Source of the DNA: a virus
Virus record (IMG/VR): IMGVR_UViG_3300026457_000013
Location: 18,253-82,252 of that record
Length of the DNA: 64,000 nucleotides
Direction: 5' to 3' (one strand)
The notes below the pieces were generated by a model, which saw nothing but the letters and a program-made list of their open reading frames with translations, ran no database searches and was not told the DNA's origin. Position numbers and translations under genes: made by a program. This document shows, in pieces, positions 58,701 to 64,000 of the stretch (position 1 is its first letter; every line of letters begins with the position of its first letter).

Positions 58701-60098
58701 ATTAAGAAGTATGGAAGCGGCAGCATGTACTTTGATGGGACGGCTGACTATTTGGTAGGAAGATCAACGGACTTGTTGTCGTTCAACACAGGCGACTTTA
58801 CGGTTGAGATGTGGGTTTATCCTACTTCGGTAGCCGGTGCTATTGTGTTAATTGACACTAGGGCATCAGGAACAGATTCTGGGTGGGCGTTTTATATTAA
58901 CTCTTCTAGCAGGCTGGCTCTTTTTACAAGCAATGCTGACCGAATAACAGCAGCATCTGCATTAAGCGCAAGCACTTGGACGCATATTGTTTTAGCCAGA
59001 TCAGGTAGTACCCTTGCTGTTTATATGAATGGTGTGCAGTCTGCAACGGCTACCTACTCAACAACAATGACTTGCCCTGGAAGGATTTCTATTGCATCAG
59101 GTTTTGATAATCTAGCCCCATTAAACGGCTACATCGATGACCTCCGCATCACCAAAGGTTTCGCACGCTACACAACTAACTTCACAGCCCCAACCAAAGC
59201 CCACCCAGACAGTGGTGTGCTGAGCACCTTAACCACTAGCATGGTTGCACCTAGTACGGTTGACTATCTTGTGGTTGGTGGGGGTGGTGGTGGCGGTAGA
59301 GAAAACTTTTCTTCTGGCCTTGGTGGTGGTGGCGGTGCCGGAGGGTTTATCACAGGTGCAACTACTGTTTCGGCTGCAACGAACTATGTAATTACAGTAG
59401 GCGGTGGTGGTCCAGGATTAACCGCCGCTGGAACTTCAAATGATGGATTCCCATCGTCTATTGTTGGTGGAACAAGTCCAAGCGCATTTACCATTCCAGG
59501 TGTTGTTGCTGCTGGCGGTGGCGGAGGTGGTGGAGGAACTTCCCCTGGAATTGCCGGAAGAGCTGGTGGGTCAGGCGGTGGCGGGGGTACACCTTCTCCT
59601 AGTAATGGCGGCGCTGCTTCTCCGGCTGGGCAAGGAAATGCTGGTGGATCGTATTCTGCAACTTCACCAAATTCTGGAGGCGGTGGCGGTGGAGCTGGAG
59701 AGGCGGGAAATACTGATGGGCAAGGTGAGGGAGGTGACGGAACAGCTTCTTCTATTTCCGGTTCTTTAGTAACTTATGCTGGTGGTGGTGGTGGAAGCGC
59801 ATCTTTTCTTACGAAAAGTGGTGGATTGGGCGGCGGAGGTGATGGAGGTAATGCACCTTCTGGCCCGTCAGCACAACCAGGTGGCACAAACACTGGCGGT
59901 GGCGGTGGCGGTGGATTTAACAGCACTCCTGGCGGGACTTCAGGAGCAGGTGGCTCCGGTATCGTCATTATTGCTTATCCAAGCACGTTTAAACCACTAA
60001 AAGCCAGCCTAGGCTTAGTCTATACAATCGATACGGTTACCCGAGCTGGGTACCGAGTTTATAAATTTACTGCCGGTACCGGCACTATTAGTTGGTGA
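55788..60098 (+). CDS. LamG repeat + glycine-rich virion protein
   Basis: 1436 aa; five LamG-like modules; paralogous to 47886-54143. Confidence 0.85.
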   Translation: MNELLIATQKTSAVQVDPYYNLVSLHLKGDVNTGRDYNAFSDASSNNFRLTNSGDVRGTSFSPYNTSWSAYFDGTGDFVTTSSSAALALSTGDFTAECWVYPVSIPNWGGIYSSDPTTGNAGLAFGFRNTGDGQLQVKLGNDASQDAFYSTSNVRLQTWSHLAVVRSGSGTNNVTLYINGVAAGSMTSNRDVTHTIAVLGRWYTTSDNYYFNGHLSNFRLIKGQALFTGNFTPTTSTLTSSSVGHTGTGVAASLTGTVSLLTCQSNRFIDSTTPNAAKSGGLTLTPSGETRISSFSSFLDSDTTSGSGYFDGSGDYLSAASNAAFTLGSSSDFCIEGWVYSTGTPGTDAVIAGTWQNGSSAFANRWLLSLRTSGTAIYWWDSTGSPGITYTGITTNQWVHIAVVRNSGTITLYVNGVSRGTQTTNQAYTTQDSLKVGGGITGTSDFPGYISSLRVVLGSPVYTTAFTPPTAPLAATQSAGTNIQAITGTQTALLTLQERGAYNTIGFQDESEYQHVITRPSGANVAQGTFSPFSNSGWSNSFNGSTDCLSVASHADFNFGSGNFTAECWVNWNTASGNADQVIFAFGSSGQTEAGFRLVSNNTIVLDVDESVRVSYSFVPTAGTWYHFAVVRDAANTYKIYQDGVLKATGTYTYTQAQIGLFIGGINWANNYGVNGFISNFRAVKGIAVYTGAFTPPTAPLTATQSAGTNISAITGSATSILTLQSNRFVDNSVSPKTLTVGGSPRVTPFSPFAPFAYDAAVHGGSAYFDGSGDYLNLASSDAFNISSGDFTIETWVYRSSTQASTYPRILTIGNANYSALILWTSGNTITVDVSTNGASWTNWTFGGATITNDTWTHLALVRNAGTISLYKDGVSQGTPVSNSSFQLATPAIYVGTLFSPASNYWTGYIGSTRIVKGTAVYTSNFTPPSGPLPLLDNTSLLLNFTNAGIIDSTGKNIIETVGNAGVVTTSIKKYGSGSMYFDGTADYLVGRSTDLLSFNTGDFTVEMWVYPTSVAGAIVLIDTRASGTDSGWAFYINSSSRLALFTSNADRITAASALSASTWTHIVLARSGSTLAVYMNGVQSATATYSTTMTCPGRISIASGFDNLAPLNGYIDDLRITKGFARYTTNFTAPTKAHPDSGVLSTLTTSMVAPSTVDYLVVGGGGGGGRENFSSGLGGGGGAGGFITGATTVSAATNYVITVGGGGPGLTAAGTSNDGFPSSIVGGTSPSAFTIPGVVAAGGGGGGGGTSPGIAGRAGGSGGGGGTPSPSNGGAASPAGQGNAGGSYSATSPNSGGGGGGAGEAGNTDGQGEGGDGTASSISGSLVTYAGGGGGSASFLTKSGGLGGGGDGGNAPSGPSAQPGGTNTGGGGGGGFNSTPGGTSGAGGSGIVIIAYPSTFKPLKASLGLVYTIDTVTRAGYRVYKFTAGTGTISW

Positions 60099-60103
60099 TT
60101 AAC

Positions 60104-60445
60104 ATGGCACACTATGCATTTTTAGATAGTAATAATATTGTAACTGAGGTTATTGTGGGACGCGATGAAGGCACACTAGGCATAGACTGGGAACAGTTCT
60201 ATGCCAGTGAGCGTGGTCAACCTTGTGTACGTACTAGTTATAATGCCAACATACGCAAAAACTATGCTGGCATTGGTTATAGTTATAATCCAACATTAGA
60301 CGCATTTATACCATTACAACCTTATCCAAGCTGGCAACTAGATACAACAACTTGCCAGTGGACGGCACCACAGCCATATCCTAGTGATGGTGCCATTTAC
60401 ACCTGGAATGAGTCTAGCAGTAGCTGGCAAGTATTAGCAACATGA
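60104..60445 (+). CDS. fibre-associated small protein (paralog of 46589)
   Basis: [22 protein letters not shown]. Confidence 0.75.
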   Translation: MAHYAFLDSNNIVTEVIVGRDEGTLGIDWEQFYASERGQPCVRTSYNANIRKNYAGIGYSYNPTLDAFIPLQPYPSWQLDTTTCQWTAPQPYPSDGAIYTWNESSSSWQVLAT

Positions 60446-61305
60446 GTAGTCCACTACTAAGATTTGGCAAACTACCGCGCGTAGTTCCACTAAGCGTTAG
60501 CTACCTAGTAGTAGGTGGTGGTGGAGGTGGCGGCAGTGGAGCAGGTGGCGGTGGCGGAGGTGGTGGTGTAGTTGAAAGCTTAAACATTATAGGCTATAGC
60601 TTAAACAGCGCGTATACACTAACTGTGGGCTTAGGTGGTGTTGGCCAATATTATAACTCTACTCCTACTATACCAGCTACTCAAGGCGGTCTTTCACAGT
60701 TTGCTGGTATAGTTGCCTATGGTGGTGGTCGTGGTGCTGGTTGGGGCAGCAGTAATCCCACCTATACTACTGGCGGCGACGGTGCTAGTGGCGGCGGTGG
60801 CTGGGGCCAAGGCGGCATGGGTGGCAATGCCAGCCAAGGCTACCCAGGCGGCGAAGGTGGCGGTTTAACCGGCAGTCGTCGCGGTGGGGGTGGTGGCGGT
60901 GCAGGTGGACCTGGCGGTGTTAGTGTAGCTGCTGGTGGCAGCGGTGGTGCTGGCGTGCAAAGTGCAATTACTGGTAGTTATTATGGTGGCGGTGGTGGCG
61001 GTGCAGGATTTGCTACTACTGGCACTGGCGGCACAGCTGGTATTGGCGGTGGTGGCTTAGGTCAAGGTGCTAATCAAAGTGGCACACCAGGCGGTGCAAA
61101 CACTGGTGGTGGAGGCGGTGGAGAACACGGCACTGCTCAAAATGGTCAAGCTGGTGGCAGTGGCGTTGTAGTTTTGCGTATACCAGATAGTTTTTCAGCT
61201 AACTTTAGTGCTGGAGTTGTTTACCAATTAAACAACTCCAGCGGATATAAAACCTATACTGTTACTAGTGCCGCTAGCGGCCAAACAGTTACTTTTTCTA
61301 GTTAA
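60442..61305 (+). CDS. glycine-rich domain virion protein
   Basis: YLVVGGGGGGG...GGSGVVVLR. Confidence 0.75.
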   Translation: MSSPLLRFGKLPRVVPLSVSYLVVGGGGGGGSGAGGGGGGGGVVESLNIIGYSLNSAYTLTVGLGGVGQYYNSTPTIPATQGGLSQFAGIVAYGGGRGAGWGSSNPTYTTGGDGASGGGGWGQGGMGGNASQGYPGGEGGGLTGSRRGGGGGGAGGPGGVSVAAGGSGGAGVQSAITGSYYGGGGGGAGFATTGTGGTAGIGGGGLGQGANQSGTPGGANTGGGGGGEHGTAQNGQAGGSGVVVLRIPDSFSANFSAGVVYQLNNSSGYKTYTVTSAASGQTVTFSS

Positions 61306-61314
61306 AATAATTTT

Positions 61315-62385
61315 ATGCGTTCAAGCAAGTTAAAAATATGTGTTTATGCTATTAGTAAAAATGAGCAACAATTTGTACAACGATTTTGTAATAGTGCTAG
61401 CCTTGCCGATTTAATACTAGTTTGTGATACAGGCAGTACTGATGGTACAGCAGAGTTGTTAAAAGAGTGTGGTGCACAAGTTTACAACATAGCAGTAAAA
61501 CCCTGGCGATTTGATACTGCACGTGATACTGCTCTTAATCTAATACCTGGTGACTATGACGTATGCATTAGCCTAGATCTTGATGAAGTCCTAGAACCTG
61601 GCTGGCGTGAAGAAATCGAGCGTGTGTGGACTGAAGGCACTACTAGATTGCGCTATAAATTTGATTGGGGGCATAATATACTATTTTACTATGAAAAAAT
61701 ACATCATCGCTACGGCTATCACTGGCATCATCCAGTGCATGAGTATCCGCGTGCTGATGGACGTATTCAAGAAGTTTATGCACACACAGATAAACTACTA
61801 GTATCACACCATCCAGATCCAACAAAAAGCCGCAGCCAATACTTAGACCTATTACGACTAGCCGTTAGCGAAGACCCACACTGTTCACGCAATGCTTTTT
61901 ACTTTGCACGTGAACTAACCTTTTATAACCTGTGGAGTGAGGCCATAGGTGCGCTAAACAACTACCTAGAATTACCAGGCAGTACTTGGCCTAATGAACG
62001 TTGCTATGCTATGCGGCTACTAGGCAAGTGCTATGAAAATTTAGGTGATCTGGTAACTGCACAGCGTTGGCATAGACTAGCTTGTATTGAAGCGCCTAAT
62101 ACTCGTGAACCTTGGGTTGACCTAGCACTAAATTGTTATAGTCAACAACAGTGGCTAGAGTGTTACTATGCTAGTAAACAAGCAGTTAGTATAGTGGACA
62201 AACAACTAGTATATACCTGTGATCCTGAAGTATGGACAGGTAAGCCGCATGACTTACTAGCTCTTAGCAGTTATAATCTAGGTTATTTTAGTGAAGCTAT
62301 ACACCACGGCAAATTAGCCGTAGAACTATCACCACATGATAGTAGAATGAGGGATAATCTAGCACATTATTTACTTAAGGAGTAG
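61315..62385 (+). CDS. GT2 glycosyltransferase with TPR repeats
   Basis: AISKNE, DTGSTDGT, RFDTARD, SLDLDE and VHE; helical TPR C-terminus. Confidence 0.9.
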   Translation: MRSSKLKICVYAISKNEQQFVQRFCNSASLADLILVCDTGSTDGTAELLKECGAQVYNIAVKPWRFDTARDTALNLIPGDYDVCISLDLDEVLEPGWREEIERVWTEGTTRLRYKFDWGHNILFYYEKIHHRYGYHWHHPVHEYPRADGRIQEVYAHTDKLLVSHHPDPTKSRSQYLDLLRLAVSEDPHCSRNAFYFARELTFYNLWSEAIGALNNYLELPGSTWPNERCYAMRLLGKCYENLGDLVTAQRWHRLACIEAPNTREPWVDLALNCYSQQQWLECYYASKQAVSIVDKQLVYTCDPEVWTGKPHDLLALSSYNLGYFSEAIHHGKLAVELSPHDSRMRDNLAHYLLKE

Positions 62386-62387
62386 TA

Positions 62388-62942
62388 GTGTTCTTATTAA
62401 ATTTTATACCTGATTGGTTTTTTCCACTGTTGGCTACCGCTTGTGTACTACTATTTTTTATAACCAGATTTTTTGCACACCTAATACCACAAGCTAAAGT
62501 TGTACACTACAGTTGTATTCCACTATTTGCACTTACAGTATTTTTCATGGGTGCAAATTGGAATAACAACTACTGGCAAGCTAAATTGGCTGAAGAAACT
62601 GCTAAAGCAGAAGCTGCAGCCAAACAGCAAGAGCTAGCTAATAACGAACTTAAATTGGAACGAGAAGCTAAACTGAAAGAACTTAAGCTTTCAGCAGAAC
62701 GTGAACGTCAGCAAAACAAGCGTTTTATTGAGGTGTTAAAGTCCAAGGACGCTACAGTGCAAAATGTATTGGCAACACTTAGTAAGGCTGAACAGGACAA
62801 ATATGCTGCTCTAGGCGAAAAGGATAAACAAGCTGCTAATAAAAAATTGGAAGATGTATTAGCAAATGCTAAAAATTGTCCTACTGTACCTGAGTTATAT
62901 GTAGAACGATTAAATAATACAGCCAGAGGTATAAAACAATGA
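62388..62942 (+). CDS. inner-membrane spanin (Rz-like)
   Basis: N-terminal TM segments, coiled coil, C-terminal Cys. Confidence 0.7.
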   Translation: MFLLNFIPDWFFPLLATACVLLFFITRFFAHLIPQAKVVHYSCIPLFALTVFFMGANWNNNYWQAKLAEETAKAEAAAKQQELANNELKLEREAKLKELKLSAERERQQNKRFIEVLKSKDATVQNVLATLSKAEQDKYAALGEKDKQAANKKLEDVLANAKNCPTVPELYVERLNNTARGIKQ

Positions 62943-63199
62943 AATGGATAGTATTCATACTAGCATTACCACTAGCTGGGTGTTTACAAACTTTTAAGGT
63001 AAATCCGCCCTGGCCAAATGTACCTGATCCAACAATGCTTACGCAATGCGAAGTATTAAAAACCATAGACGCACAAGCTGTAAGCATGGCAGAACTTGTA
63101 GACCTAGTACAACAAAACTACCAGCTATATCACCTTTGTAAACTAAATAACGATAGCTGGGTTAAGTGGTATAACACTCACTGGAAAAAGGACAAGTAA
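62939..63199 (+). CDS. outer-membrane spanin lipoprotein (Rz1-like)
   Basis: Lipobox LAGC; Pro-rich segment; two further Cys. Confidence 0.8.
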   Translation: MKWIVFILALPLAGCLQTFKVNPPWPNVPDPTMLTQCEVLKTIDAQAVSMAELVDLVQQNYQLYHLCKLNNDSWVKWYNTHWKKDK

Positions 63200-63813
63200 T
63201 GGAATTAACACTAGATCAACTTAAGCAGGTTATACCAAAAAATCAATATGTTAGCTACTGGCATCATGCACTAGAACAATTACTACCACAATATGAGATA
63301 AACACACCAGATCGTATAGCTGCCTTTTTAGCACAGTGTGCACATGAGTCGGGTGGTTTTGTGTTTATTAAGGAAAACCTAAACTACCGCTGGCAAAGCC
63401 TACGTAAAGTATTTCCCAAGTATTTTCCCACAGATGCATTGGCGCAGCAATACGAAAAGCAACCACAAAAGATTGCTAATCGTGTATATGCAAGTCGCAT
63501 GGGCAATGGTCCTGAGGAGTCGGGAGATGGCTGGCGATTCTGTGGGCGTGGATTAATACAGGTAACTGGCCGAGATAACTACAGCTGGTTTGCAGCTAGC
63601 CTACAGATTAGCCCTGAAGAGGCGTCAGAGTACATGGAAACCTTTGAAGGTGCTGCACAAAGTGCTTGCTGGTTTTGGGAATCAAACAATCTCAATCAGT
63701 GGGCAGATAAGCAGGATATTTTAACATTAACAAAACGTATCAATGGTGGTACAATTGGCTTAGAAGATAGAAAAAAACACTATGAGCATTGTTTACACGT
63801 ACTAGCTCATTAA
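63199..63813 (+). CDS. GH19 endolysin
   Basis: AFLAQCAHESGGF, ENLNY, GRGLIQVTGRDNY and TKRINGG. Confidence 0.92.
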   Translation: MELTLDQLKQVIPKNQYVSYWHHALEQLLPQYEINTPDRIAAFLAQCAHESGGFVFIKENLNYRWQSLRKVFPKYFPTDALAQQYEKQPQKIANRVYASRMGNGPEESGDGWRFCGRGLIQVTGRDNYSWFAASLQISPEEASEYMETFEGAAQSACWFWESNNLNQWADKQDILTLTKRINGGTIGLEDRKKHYEHCLHVLAH

Positions 63814-63833
63814 ACTTAGTCTAGGAGACTAAT

Positions 63834-64000
63834 ATGAAACGAGTATTAGCCTTTCTTTTAATAGCACTAACAACATCAGTATTAGCCCAAACTAATACTA
63901 GTACACAAAATACTACTGCTGGCACTACAACTAGCACAACCGGATTAATTGATCAAGGTAACTATGACGGTGGCAGAAGCTTAGTAGATACTAACAGTAC
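63834..64000 (+). CDS. secreted protein, truncated by window end
   Basis: AGGAG RBS; signal peptide MKRVLAFLLIALTTSVLA. Confidence 0.65.
   Translation, partial: MKRVLAFLLIALTTSVLAQTNTSTQNTTAGTTTSTTGLIDQGNYDGGRSLVDTNS

Noticed and set aside
43712-61305. Diversity-generating retroelement acting on the lectin repeats
   Set aside because: No reverse transcriptase in the window, and repeat differences are not adenine-specific

Overview
64 kb of a lytic dsDNA siphovirus related to T5 (Demerecviridae-like), infecting a Gram-negative host (two-component spanins present). All calls are by eye from motifs and synteny; no searches were run. Layout: (1) 1-7 kb: small early genes, strong sigma70 promoters, and two long ORF-free structured transcription units, one containing a type I hammerhead-like ribozyme. 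(2) ~7-12 kb: probable pre-early / terminal-repeat (first-step-transfer) region with T5 A2-like paralogs, a DEDDh exonuclease, a HAD phosphatase, a PQ-loop protein and an SprT protease. It carries a repeated promoter module with no gene downstream and two canonical chromosomal parS sites; no A1 or dmp homolog is recognisable. (3) 12-37 kb: T5-type packaging, head and tail-tube genes (protease and capsid in one ORF with an internal start), joined to a lambda-type tail tip. (4) 38-62 kb: a large accessory fibre array (collagen GPT, LamG/SPRY, Gly-rich) with a 2OG-Fe(II) oxygenase and a GT2-TPR glycosyltransferase. (5) Spanins and a GH19 endolysin. Top candidates for a new system are the parS / repeated-promoter / A2-paralog entry region, the ribozyme-containing ncRNA units, the over-represented GACCCTAAAC motif, and a putative virion glycosylation module.
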